A DNA stretch of 64,000 nucleotides from Candidatus Uhrbacteria bacterium (lineage in GTDB: Bacteria > Patescibacteriota > Patescibacteriia > UBA9934 > GWF2-40-263). The notes under the pieces were generated by a model. It ran no database searches. It was not told the origin of the DNA and saw nothing but the letters and a program-made list of their open reading frames with translations. A program made the position numbers and the translations under genes. Numbering within the stretch: the first letter of the stretch is position 1; each line of letters starts with the position of its first letter. The stretch is taken from positions 87,493 to 151,492 of the forward strand of contig JBAXQK010000002.1 in NCBI GenBank assembly GCA_037131775.1. The letters are read 5' to 3'. Positions 50,365-60,092 of the stretch are shown here, piece by piece.

Positions 50365-52818
50365 TTATTTTACGACAATGTTGATCAACCTCCCCGGCAC
50401 GTAAATCACCTTGACGATCTCCACCCCTTCCAAAAACTTCGCAACATTCTCCGTCGCCACCGCGCGATCCTGGACGTCCTTCTCGTTCGACGACGGATCC
50501 ATCTGGATCGTCCCGCGCAGCTTGCCGTTCACCTGCACCGCGATCGCGACGAGATCGTCGACGAGCATCGCCTCGTCGAATGTCGGCCACGCCTCGTCGA
50601 ACACGCTCGACGCATTTCCAAGGTCGTGCCAGATCTCCTCGCCAAGATGCGGCGCGAAGGTCGCGAGCAGTTTGACGAACGACCCGTACGCGTCGCGCGG
50701 GATCGTCTCGGCGGTCTGCAGCGCGTTCGCGCAGATCATCATCGCGGAGATCGCCGTGTTGAACTTCATCGCATCGATGTCCTCCGAGACTTTTTTGATC
50801 GTCTTGTGAACCGCGCGCATCGCGTCGGAGTTGTCACCGTCGACGACCCTCTCCCGCATCATCCAAACCTTGTCGAGGAACCGTCGCACGCCGACGATGC
50901 CGCTCGTGTCCCACGGCTTCGCGTCCTCGAGCGGACCCATGAACATCTCGTAAAGGCGGAGCGCGTCGGCTCCGTACTGTTCGACGACTTCGTCCGGATT
51001 CACGACATTTCCTCGTGATTTCGACATCTTTTCGCCGTCCGGGCCGAGGATCAGGCCTTGGTTGCGAAGCTTGAGGAACGGCTCCTCGAAGTCGAGATAG
51101 CCGAGATCGTGCAGCGCGTAGGCAAAAAATCGCGAGTACAAAAGATGCATCACCGCGTGCTCGGCGCCGCCGACGTAGAGGTCGACCGGGCACCATTGCC
51201 TCAATGCCTCGGGCTCGGCGAAGACTTCCGCGTTCATCGAGTCGACGTAGCGCAAGTAGTACCACGACGAGTCGACGAACGTGTCCATCGTGTCGGACTC
51301 GCGACGCGCGGGACCGGAGCACTTCGGACAGACGACGTCATGGAACGTCACGGAGTCGACGAGCGGGGACTTCCCCGTCGGCTTGAAGTCGACGTCGCGC
51401 GGCAACAGCACCGGCAGCGCGGACGGCTCCACCGGCTGAACCCCGCACGTCTCGCACCACGCCATCGGGATCGGCGCGCCCCAGTAGCGCTGTCGAGAAA
51501 CGAGCCAGTCGCGCAGATGATAGTTCGTCACGCGCTTTCCCTTTCCGGCCGACTCGACCGCGGTCGCGATCGCATTCTTTCCTTCCGTGGAGGTCAGTCC
51601 GTCGAATGCCCCCGAGTTTACGAGGATCCCCGCGTCGCAATACGCCGCGGACGCGAAGTCGTGCTCCGTCGTCCCCGCCGGCGTCGCGATTACCTGGTGA
51701 ACCGGCAACGAATACTTGTACGCAAACAGATAGTCGCGATCGTCGTGCGCCGGCACCCCCATCACCGCGCCCGTCCCGTAGTTCACAAGCACGTAGTCCG
51801 AAATCCAAATCGGCACCTCCTCGCCCGTGAGCGGATGCTTGGCGTACGTTCCCGTGAACACGCCGGCCTTGTCCTTTTCCAGCTGCGTGCGCTCAAGCTC
51901 GGACTTCTTGCGCGCCTGGTCGCGGTAGGCGACCACGGCCTCGCGGTTCTCGACGGTCGTCAGCGCGTCTACGAGCGGATGCTCCGGCGCGAGGACGATG
52001 TAGGAAACGCCGAACAGCGTGTCGATGCGCGTCGTGAACACCGGAATCGAAAACTCCGCCTCGTGCACGCGCTCGGCCCCCGGCTCGCCGATCATCTCGC
52101 CCTTCAGTCCGCGGAACTCGACCTCGACGCCTTCGCTCCGACCGATCCAATTCTTCTGCATCGTCTTGATGCGCTCGGGCCAGTCGACCGTTTCGATCCC
52201 GGCGAGGAGACGGTCCGCATATTTCGTGATGCGGAAAAACCATTGCTCCAAGTCCTTCTGCACGACGACGGTCGAGCAACGATCGCATTTGCCATCGACC
52301 ACCTGCTCGTTCGCGAGGACGGTCACGCACCCGTCGCACCAGTTCACCGGAGCCTTCGCGCGATACGCCAGATCGTTCTTGTAAAACAGCAGGAACATCC
52401 ACTGCGTCCACTTGTAGTACGCCGGGTCCGCGGTTGACAATTCGCGCGACCAGTCGAACGAAAGCCCGAGCGACTTCATCTGGCGCCGGAAGTTCCCGAT
52501 CGCCTTGTCCGTCGTCTCCGCCGGATGCACGCCCGTCTTGATCGCATAGTTCTCCGCCGGCAGCCCGAACGCGTCGAATCCGATCGGAAACAGCACGTCG
52601 TGCCCCTCCATGCGCTTCTTCCGCGCGACAATGTCCATCGCGGTGTACGACTCGACGTGCCCGACGTGCAGCCCGGAGCCGGACGGATACGGAAACATGG
52701 TGAGCAGGTACAGCGGATCCCTGCCATCCGACGATTTTCCCGTCGTCTTCCCCGCCCCCGTCTTTTCCCATTCCCCCTGCCACTTCGGCTCGATCTCAAG
52801 ATGGTTGTAACTTGGCAT
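50365..52818 (-). CDS. leuS: leucine--tRNA ligase
   Basis: MFPYPSGSGLHVGH, SRQRYWG, KMSKS. Confidence 0.98.
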   Translation of the reverse strand: MPSYNHLEIEPKWQGEWEKTGAGKTTGKSSDGRDPLYLLTMFPYPSGSGLHVGHVESYTAMDIVARKKRMEGHDVLFPIGFDAFGLPAENYAIKTGVHPAETTDKAIGNFRRQMKSLGLSFDWSRELSTADPAYYKWTQWMFLLFYKNDLAYRAKAPVNWCDGCVTVLANEQVVDGKCDRCSTVVVQKDLEQWFFRITKYADRLLAGIETVDWPERIKTMQKNWIGRSEGVEVEFRGLKGEMIGEPGAERVHEAEFSIPVFTTRIDTLFGVSYIVLAPEHPLVDALTTVENREAVVAYRDQARKKSELERTQLEKDKAGVFTGTYAKHPLTGEEVPIWISDYVLVNYGTGAVMGVPAHDDRDYLFAYKYSLPVHQVIATPAGTTEHDFASAAYCDAGILVNSGAFDGLTSTEGKNAIATAVESAGKGKRVTNYHLRDWLVSRQRYWGAPIPMAWCETCGVQPVEPSALPVLLPRDVDFKPTGKSPLVDSVTFHDVVCPKCSGPARRESDTMDTFVDSSWYYLRYVDSMNAEVFAEPEALRQWCPVDLYVGGAEHAVMHLLYSRFFAYALHDLGYLDFEEPFLKLRNQGLILGPDGEKMSKSRGNVVNPDEVVEQYGADALRLYEMFMGPLEDAKPWDTSGIVGVRRFLDKVWMMRERVVDGDNSDAMRAVHKTIKKVSEDIDAMKFNTAISAMMICANALQTAETIPRDAYGSFVKLLATFAPHLGEEIWHDLGNASSVFDEAWPTFDEAMLVDDLVAIAVQVNGKLRGTIQMDPSSNEKDVQDRAVATENVAKFLEGVEIVKVIYVPGRLINIVVK

Positions 52819-52902
52819 AGTGGCAAGATCGTAACACGGACGCGGAAACAAAAAAAGACGGTCGAAACCGTGCTATACTGTCCGTAATTCACTCATCATC
52901 CT

Positions 52903-55620
52903 ATGGACAAGAAGGGCAAGCCACCTGAGGGCGCAATGGAGGAGACGACGGCGGTCGACGACGCGCGACGACCACCCCTGACCCCTCCTCCCTATGAGGA
53001 GGGGAAACGTAGGGTATCGAGGAAGACCGTCGAGAGTGCCGCGGCGATTACGGCGGCGGCGATGGGGATTGCGCATGCGGTGATTGAGGTTCCGAAGGAG
53101 GGACCGACGGCGGACGAGTCGTCCGAGGCGAAGGGCGAAGATGCCGAACATCCGGAATGGAAATACAACGCGGTCGGCGAAATCGTGCGCGAGACCGTCT
53201 TTCACGACGAGAACTCGACGGGCGGCGTGCAAGACCAGTACGTCAGCCTGTTCAAGACGGTCTTTTCGTCGCCGAAGGGAACGTGCGTCTATTACGACAC
53301 GCTGGGCAACGTCCTGCTGGTCGACAAGATGCCGGACGTCCTGGCGCAACTGGCCGAGTCAATCGAGAAGGGCGCCGGCACGAAAAAAGAGCTGGACGCG
53401 ATGACGAAGACCTGGAAAGACAAGGTCCAGGCATGGCACAACGCGAACCGAAAGAAAATCTCGGCCGTGACCGTGACGCCCTCCGACTACGACGACAAGT
53501 GGGCATATCCGTTCGTCGCGAGCCCCGTGCTCAAGAACATGCCCGCCGAATCGGAAGCGACCTCCCTGATCGAGGGGATTCGTGAACGGCTCGTGGAAAA
53601 GACGAAGAGTCCGGAGAATGGCCCGTCTTACTTCGACGGCGCGGAGCGTTCGATCTACGACGGCATCTCCGAGATTGCGAAAGCGTACGACATTCCGCTT
53701 GCCATCGCGCTTGGCATCGCCGCGAACGAAAGCACGTTCAACCGGACGGCCCACTCGGATGCCGGCGCGAACGGAATCTATCAGGTTACGGAAAAAGGGT
53801 TCGGCGACGCCAAGGCGTACATCGCCAAGCATCCCGAGCTCGGGGCGGCCGTCCGATCGGGATCCATCGGGTCGTACGAGGACTCCTGGAAGGACCGCTT
53901 CGTCAGCGCCGAGCTGTGCTGCGCGTACTATCTGCTCATCCAGGGGCGCATGCGCAAGAAGCTCGACGCGCTCGAGACGCGCCTGCTCACGCTCGACCCG
54001 ACCTTTCCCGTGGGAACGTTCCTCGACATCGCCACGATCAATTCCTACAACGCCGGCGACGGGCGCATGCGTGACTGCATCGACCGGTTCCTGTCCCTTT
54101 CCGACGACGAGATCGTTGCACACATCGGCGATCCGGAATACGGCGCGGACGTCTGGCTCGGCGTGGTCGGCCTCTCGTACGGGCTCACGGACGACGGAAA
54201 ATTTTCGAACGTGGGAAAGGACAGCTTCCTGTATCCGCAAAAAATCCTCGCCATGGGATCGCTCATCATGGACGCGCAGAACGCGATGTCCGCGGTCGAC
54301 CGCGACCGGGAGGACGAGGGCGTCGACGCAGGCGACTTCGTTCCCGACTCGGCGACGCGCCGCGGTTTCTGGAGGAACCTGTCCGTCGCCACCGGCATTG
54401 CGGGCGTCCTTGGCGGAATATTTTCCGGCAACGGCGCGGTCCGCGACATTCGCTCGGAACCTCTGAACACAAGCGTGAGCAGACGGAATTTGCTGAAAGG
54501 GACGGCAAAGGCCACGGCCGCGGTCATCGGAGTCACCTCCCCCGTCATTCGCGCCGGGGCGGACTGGCTCGATTCGCGCCCTGTGACGGAGACTCCGCCT
54601 GAAGTGCCTCCCGTGTCCCCGGAACAGCCGTACGCTCCCGTCGAGCTTGAGCCACTGAAGGACGTGGAAGCGGCCGCGACCGTCTCGCTGGACGCGGTGT
54701 ACGAGACGCTTTTGGAACGAGCCGCGCAGAAGAAAACGGGATGGACCCCCGAGGAATCCAAGCGAAACAACAACCTCTTTCCCGTTCCAGAAAATCGCAG
54801 GATGCTCAAAGAGCGATTCATCGCCATGTTTGGAAAGGACCTGGTAAAGAAATTCAAGGCATCCGAAGGCGACACGTTCGAAAGCCGCGCGCATCTGTAC
54901 GACGAGGCTCGCGCCCAGCAGGTCGCCTACATCGAACGGCAGGTTTCCACGGGAAGCTTCGTTCGTCTTGCGGAAGACGACCCGACGAAGCCGTACTTCT
55001 GCGAACAGGTCGACTCGCTCTCGGGTATCAAGAACAACCCGGACGGACTCTTTCTCCGCAAGGAATTTATTCCGGTGATCGGAACGCTGATTGAACTCGT
55101 CAATTACCAGATCGACAAGTTCAATGCCAACAATCTGTACTACGGCATCCATGGGGACAGTTTCCCGACCCTTCCGTACATCTCCGCCTTGAAAATCAGC
55201 GGAGCCCTCCGATCGACGCTTACCACGAAGGGACAGTTCGCGTCTGGAAAAGGAAAGGACACGACTCCCGGGATGACTCCGCATTGGCTTGGAAGCGCAA
55301 TGGACATCTCTTCGTTCGCGACCGTGCCGCACAAGGACAAGAAGTCGGGAAAGATGGTGGGTCCGATGGGACACATGGCCCGGCTGGATGGCGACCTACT
55401 GGCAAAGAAAGGCGGACGGGTCATCGTTCGTCGCGGAGAAAAGCTAAACAACGGCGGCGACGGGGCAACGACCCGCGACATACTCACGCACATGATCGGC
55501 CGCGCGCTTTTCGCGATGCGCGACCCGCTGATGGAACTGTACGGGATTGAGATTCAGCCAAAGTGGGAGAATCCTGCCAAGAACTGGCACGTCGCGCTGG
55601 AGGCAAAGGATGCGAAGTAA
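52903..55620 (+). CDS. large lytic transglycosylase (SLT) plus C-terminal M15/DUF5715-like peptidase domain protein
   Basis: IAANESTFN..AHS.AGANGIYQ, SYNAG; C-terminal SGALRS...PHWLGSAMDIS...HVAL. Confidence 0.75.
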   Translation: MDKKGKPPEGAMEETTAVDDARRPPLTPPPYEEGKRRVSRKTVESAAAITAAAMGIAHAVIEVPKEGPTADESSEAKGEDAEHPEWKYNAVGEIVRETVFHDENSTGGVQDQYVSLFKTVFSSPKGTCVYYDTLGNVLLVDKMPDVLAQLAESIEKGAGTKKELDAMTKTWKDKVQAWHNANRKKISAVTVTPSDYDDKWAYPFVASPVLKNMPAESEATSLIEGIRERLVEKTKSPENGPSYFDGAERSIYDGISEIAKAYDIPLAIALGIAANESTFNRTAHSDAGANGIYQVTEKGFGDAKAYIAKHPELGAAVRSGSIGSYEDSWKDRFVSAELCCAYYLLIQGRMRKKLDALETRLLTLDPTFPVGTFLDIATINSYNAGDGRMRDCIDRFLSLSDDEIVAHIGDPEYGADVWLGVVGLSYGLTDDGKFSNVGKDSFLYPQKILAMGSLIMDAQNAMSAVDRDREDEGVDAGDFVPDSATRRGFWRNLSVATGIAGVLGGIFSGNGAVRDIRSEPLNTSVSRRNLLKGTAKATAAVIGVTSPVIRAGADWLDSRPVTETPPEVPPVSPEQPYAPVELEPLKDVEAAATVSLDAVYETLLERAAQKKTGWTPEESKRNNNLFPVPENRRMLKERFIAMFGKDLVKKFKASEGDTFESRAHLYDEARAQQVAYIERQVSTGSFVRLAEDDPTKPYFCEQVDSLSGIKNNPDGLFLRKEFIPVIGTLIELVNYQIDKFNANNLYYGIHGDSFPTLPYISALKISGALRSTLTTKGQFASGKGKDTTPGMTPHWLGSAMDISSFATVPHKDKKSGKMVGPMGHMARLDGDLLAKKGGRVIVRRGEKLNNGGDGATTRDILTHMIGRALFAMRDPLMELYGIEIQPKWENPAKNWHVALEAKDAK
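52964..53008. repeat. 45-bp palindromic repeat, in frame in the SLT gene
   Basis: Translates as RRPPLTPPPYEEGKR. Confidence 0.88.
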
Positions 55621-55660
55621 CGAAAATACGGCTGACGCGATCGCGTCAGCCGTATTTTCG
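55621..55660. terminator. bidirectional terminator (perfect 40-bp palindrome)
   Basis: cgaaaatacggctgacgcga|tcgcgtcagccgtattttcg between convergent genes. Confidence 0.85.
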
Positions 55661-55662
55661 AC

Positions 55663-57285
55663 TCAGTATCCAATCAGCATTTCCACCCGCTCCTTCCCAA
55701 GCGCCCAGATGAACGTCGACAACCTCGGCCCGGTATCCTTCCCGATCAGCAGCTGGTACAGCGCCTTGAAAAAATCGCGCTGCGCCGCCTTGAGTTCCTT
55801 GTCCGCCAGGCCGTCGACCTTCGGGATCGCGTACAGCTTTTCCTCGAGCGTCTCAATCGTGAGCGTCTCGAAGTCCGACGCGCGAACGAACTCGGCGAAC
55901 GCGGAGACGAATCCCTTTGCCCGCTCGTCCATCGTCGCCGCGTACTCGGCGTTCGGCGCGTCGCGTACCACGATCATCTCTCCCGGGTTGTATTCCTCGA
56001 GCCAAGCCTTCGCCTTTCCGATGCGCTCGACGACGGATTCGGCGTCGAACCCGAGGCTCATCTTCTCGACCATCGCGAGGATCTTTTCCATGTCCCACTG
56101 CATAATCTGCCCAAGCGACACGGCCTGGCGGAACGGGATCGGATTCTTGGTCGCGTCGACGGCTTTCATTGCGCGGTCGTACTCGTCGTACTGGCGGATC
56201 ACCTCGCTGTCGAACGCCAGGTCGAACGGCTGGTGCGGATTCTTGCGCGTGTACAGCCACTTGAGCAGGTCCGGCGCGTATATGCGCAGCAGCTGGCCCG
56301 GCGTGATGGCGTCGCCCTTCGACCCCGACATCTTGCCGTCCATCCCGCGAATCCCGATGAACTGGTACCCCACGAACACCGGCGGCTCCACGCCGAATAC
56401 CTCGCGGGCGATGACGCTCGACGTGTCATAGCTCCCGCCCGGCGACGCATGGTCGTGTCCGCCCGGCTCGAAGACGACCCCCTCCTCGCCCCACCGCATC
56501 GGCCAGTCGACCTTCCATGACAGCTTCGCGACGTGGTCCTTGCGCAGGTCTACCGTCTCCGTCTGGTGCGTGTCGAGGCACTCGTACGTGATCGTCGAGT
56601 CACCGTCGTACGAGGTCACGCGCGTATTGTCGCGACCGGTAAATCGAGAATACACCGAGATCGGATAGTACGACGCCGCGTACTCGTTCTCGTCGATGCT
56701 CTTCGCGGCCTTTCCTTTGTCCGACATCGACACGAGCAGGATCCGCGCGATCTTCTCGCGCGAGCGCAGCGCCTTCACGATCATCTCGTCGTACCGTCCC
56801 GACGCGTACTCGGCAGACTGGTAGCGATATTCCAGCTCGATCCCCATCTCCCGCATCGATTCCTCGAACGCCACCTCGAGCGACCGCGCGTACGACGATT
56901 CCCTTCCGGCAGGATCCGGCACCGCGGTCAGCGGCATCCCGATATATTTCGAAAACGACGGGTCCACGTTCGACGGAATCTTGCGCAGCCGGTCGAAGTC
57001 ATCCCACGAGAACAGCAGCCGCGTCTTCTTCCCGCGCCGTTGAAGTTCCCGCAAAAAGACAAGCGACGTCATCACGTCCCGAAAGTTTCCGAAATGGACG
57101 GTTCCGGACGGGCTGATTCCCGCTGCGCAGGTGTAGACGTCCTCGCTCGGGAACACCTTGAGGATCTTGTCGACCACTTCCCCGACCCACTCGGCCTGGG
57201 ACATCGTATCGACGCGGTTGCCAGGCTCGGCGGCGACGGGACGCTCGGGTTGCGGAGGAAGGTCGTGAGGATGCTTCGGATCCAT
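55663..57285 (-). CDS. lysS: lysine--tRNA ligase, class I
   Basis: GISPSGTVHFGNFR, KLSWKVDWPMRW, KMSGSKG, GPRL. Confidence 0.95.
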   Translation of the reverse strand: MDPKHPHDLPPQPERPVAAEPGNRVDTMSQAEWVGEVVDKILKVFPSEDVYTCAAGISPSGTVHFGNFRDVMTSLVFLRELQRRGKKTRLLFSWDDFDRLRKIPSNVDPSFSKYIGMPLTAVPDPAGRESSYARSLEVAFEESMREMGIELEYRYQSAEYASGRYDEMIVKALRSREKIARILLVSMSDKGKAAKSIDENEYAASYYPISVYSRFTGRDNTRVTSYDGDSTITYECLDTHQTETVDLRKDHVAKLSWKVDWPMRWGEEGVVFEPGGHDHASPGGSYDTSSVIAREVFGVEPPVFVGYQFIGIRGMDGKMSGSKGDAITPGQLLRIYAPDLLKWLYTRKNPHQPFDLAFDSEVIRQYDEYDRAMKAVDATKNPIPFRQAVSLGQIMQWDMEKILAMVEKMSLGFDAESVVERIGKAKAWLEEYNPGEMIVVRDAPNAEYAATMDERAKGFVSAFAEFVRASDFETLTIETLEEKLYAIPKVDGLADKELKAAQRDFFKALYQLLIGKDTGPRLSTFIWALGKERVEMLIGY

Positions 57286-57419
57286 AATGGCGGGTCAGGG
57301 ATTGTTAGGCCGTTTCGACGAATGGGGAAAGTGTACATGCCCGGGCGCCGTCCGGCAACGAAAAACCGCGCCGAAGGCCAGCGAGGCTTTCGGCGCGGCA
57401 GAAGCTGTCGCGCGCTCGG

Positions 57420-57698
57420 TCAGTTGGAGGCGAGGAGGTTGAGCTCCGTCGCGACCGCGGGATCGAGGTTGTAGTTGGTGTCGTAGGCGCCGTCGTCGGT
57501 AAGGACGAGGAAGAAGCCGGACACCGGCGCCTTCAGCACGCGGGGGTGCTCGCCCTTGATCTCGGACCACCCGTGCGCCGTACGCAAGGTGTGGCTCTGG
57601 AGACCCCAGGCCTGGACGTTCTCCCAGGCGGTGTCAACCATCAGACCGGCAAAGGCGGCAAAGACGCAGAGGACAAACAGGTTCGAAAGGACACGCAT
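57420..57698 (-). CDS. hypothetical protein with N-terminal TM
   Basis: AAGGAGG RBS, 92 aa. Confidence 0.6.
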   Translation of the reverse strand: MRVLSNLFVLCVFAAFAGLMVDTAWENVQAWGLQSHTLRTAHGWSEIKGEHPRVLKAPVSGFFLVLTDDGAYDTNYNLDPAVATELNLLASN

Positions 57699-57828
57699 GG
57701 TGGCCTCCTTTGGATAGGGGGGATCAACAAGATTCTGTGGTTCAGCGGAGGGGTAGGATATCATAAAAATGGGGTTTTGTCAATGGATTCGCCTATTTCC
57801 GAATAAAAAGAACGCCTATGAGTAGGCG

Positions 57829-58515
57829 TCAGGTTGCTTGCGTCCTGAGATCCGCGACCACGGCCGCGCAGTGGGTGAGCTTGGATTGGTCGCAGGCGGC
57901 GAGGAGCTTGTGGAGCGCGGAGTGCGGATCGTCGTCCCCCGACGAGATCGATTGGATCGCGACCTGTCCCTCGGGACCGGTGAGCGCGGACCAGACGCGG
58001 GTCGTGGCAATGAGCAGGAACGCGGCGCTCGGGTCGCGCCTCGTCACCGCGATGTCGGCTTCGCAGGTCGTCGACGACGAGAGCCCCCTGCCGATCGCGT
58101 GGCTGCGACGAAGCTCGCTTCGCTCGGCCCCGCGGATCAGATCGTCGCACCGCCCGTCGCCGACGATCGACGCCCGCGAGTTGCCGACGTGCGCCGCAAC
58201 GACCAGTTCGTTGGTGACGTGAGCAAGCGCGAGCGTCATCCCTCCCGGCCCGATGTGCCGAATCCGTCCGTCCAGATCGAGCAGGGTTTTTCGAATGGCC
58301 TCGTGCGGTTCCATGGCGGAATATCCGTGGAATCGCAGAAGGTACGGAAGTTCGCTCTCCACCTCCTCCGCAATCTTCGTCCGGACCGTCCCGTGTCCCT
58401 CGCACACGACGACCAGCCCGCCGTCGCACCAGTCCTCGGACACAAGGATCCGATGCCCCGTATCCGCCCCGTCCTCGGAAAAGAACGCCGCCCATCCGGG
58501 CCCGTCAAAATTCAT
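57829..58515 (-). CDS. degenerate PP2C-family phosphatase-like protein
   Basis: ED, VVCEGHG, GMTL, AHVGNSRA, LLIATTRVW. Confidence 0.65.
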   Translation of the reverse strand: MNFDGPGWAAFFSEDGADTGHRILVSEDWCDGGLVVVCEGHGTVRTKIAEEVESELPYLLRFHGYSAMEPHEAIRKTLLDLDGRIRHIGPGGMTLALAHVTNELVVAAHVGNSRASIVGDGRCDDLIRGAERSELRRSHAIGRGLSSSTTCEADIAVTRRDPSAAFLLIATTRVWSALTGPEGQVAIQSISSGDDDPHSALHKLLAACDQSKLTHCAAVVADLRTQAT

Positions 58516-58561
58516 TGGTTTCTCCGCGTGGAACCGGATGGTACCAGAATGGGGAGAGGCG

Positions 58562-58918
58562 TCAACGGAACAGGAATGGCGGACGGACGATCAAAAGAAA
58601 AAGCCTCCCGATTGGGAGGCATAAGGTCAGGCGGCCAGGACCGACTCGAGTGCGCGGAGGGTGGTCCTTCGTTCCCGTCACGACCTGCTTGTCTCCGACC
58701 CGCTCCTTGGTCTCTTCGACCCAGCCTTTCCGGAGCGAGACGATCTGGAACGCGCCCCGAACACGGAGCGGAGGACAGGCCACGTACCCGGACCCGTCGT
58801 TGAATGCCGCGACGGCCTGCTCCCGCGTGAGGTGCGGGCACAGCTTGGCCATGTCGTCCTCCGTGGGGTTGACGATGGGAAGAAGGCCGAGAATCTGACG
58901 ATAGGCTGAAACGTCCAT
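58562..58918 (-). CDS. hypothetical protein, possibly frameshifted near its 3' end
   Basis: ORF runs through its own terminator; another frame ends TTLRALESVLAA* just before the hairpin. Confidence 0.45.
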   Translation of the reverse strand: MDVSAYRQILGLLPIVNPTEDDMAKLCPHLTREQAVAAFNDGSGYVACPPLRVRGAFQIVSLRKGWVEETKERVGDKQVVTGTKDHPPRTRVGPGRLTLCLPIGRLFLLIVRPPFLFR

Positions 58919-59066
58919 TGAGGACTCCGTTGTTGATTGTTGTGAGATGACGAAGAGGGCCCGCCCAGATATCTCTGGATCTGACGGAAAAGAATGATAT
59001 CACAAAAATGGCTCTTTGTCAATGCAAAAACCGCCTTTTTGGCGGTTTTTGAAGGATATTTCGATT

Positions 59067-59990
59067 CTATTCCTTGCTCGCAAGCCACCGCTCCGCGTCG
59101 ATCGCGGCCATGCAGCCCGTTCCGGCGGCGGTAATTGCCTGGCGGTAGTAGTGGTCCGCGACGTCGCCGGCGGCGAAGACGCCCTCGACGTTCGTGCGCG
59201 TCGACCCGGGCTGCGTCACGAGGTAGCCGCCCTTGTCCATGTCGAGCTTGCCGACGAACAGCTCGGTGTTCGGCTTGTGCCCAATGGCGACGAACACGCC
59301 TTCCGTGGCGAAGTCCGTCATCTCATTCGTCTGATTGTTGAAAAGTTTCACTCCGGTGACGCGCGTACCGTCGCCGACGATCTCCTTGACCTCCGAGTTC
59401 CAGACAAAGGAGATCTTCGGGTTTGCCTTTGCGCGCTCCTGCATGATCTTCGACGCCTTCAGGACGTCCTTTCGCACGATCACCGTCACCGTCTCCGCAA
59501 ACCTCGTCAGGAAGTTCGTCTCCTCCATCGCGCTGTCGCCGCCGCCGACGACGATGATCTTCTTGTTCTTAAAGAAGAACCCGTCGCACGTGGCGCACGC
59601 CGAGACGCCGCGGCCGCCGTATTCCTTTTCTCCCGGCACGCCGATCCACATGGCGGTCGCTCCCGTCGAAACGATCACCGCATCGGACGAATAGGTCGAC
59701 GTCGACGTGATCACGACGAACGGGCGCACGGAAAAGTCCACGGCCGTCACGTTCTCGGCCAGGATCCGCGTGCCGAACCGCTCGCTCTGCTTCTTGAACA
59801 GCTCCATCATTTCCGGGCCCATAAGCCCGCCCGGGAATCCCGGAAAGTTCTCTACCTCTGTCGTCATCATCAGCTGCCCGCCCGGGGTCGAACCTTCGAA
59901 CATCAAAGGCTTCAGCTCCGCGCGTGCGGCATAGATCGCGGCCGTGTGACCGGCCGGGCCGGAACCGATGATAATGAGCTTTTCTTGCAT
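59067..59990 (-). CDS. trxB: thioredoxin reductase
   Basis: GSGPAG, CATCDG, GGGDSAMEE, YRQAITAAG. Confidence 0.97.
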   Translation of the reverse strand: MQEKLIIIGSGPAGHTAAIYAARAELKPLMFEGSTPGGQLMMTTEVENFPGFPGGLMGPEMMELFKKQSERFGTRILAENVTAVDFSVRPFVVITSTSTYSSDAVIVSTGATAMWIGVPGEKEYGGRGVSACATCDGFFFKNKKIIVVGGGDSAMEETNFLTRFAETVTVIVRKDVLKASKIMQERAKANPKISFVWNSEVKEIVGDGTRVTGVKLFNNQTNEMTDFATEGVFVAIGHKPNTELFVGKLDMDKGGYLVTQPGSTRTNVEGVFAAGDVADHYYRQAITAAGTGCMAAIDAERWLASKE

Positions 59991-60001
59991 ACACTCGAAC
60001 G

Positions 60002-60082
60002 ATTAGGCGTAAGGCTGAAAGGCAAAAGGCTTAAGGCGATAAGGCAATACCCTTATGCCTTAAGCCTTTCAGCCTTACGCCT
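60002..60082. repeat. intergenic hairpin of 7-bp aaggc/gcctt repeats
   Basis: Second copy of the 44561 element. Confidence 0.85.
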
Positions 60083-60092
60083 CACGGCACGC

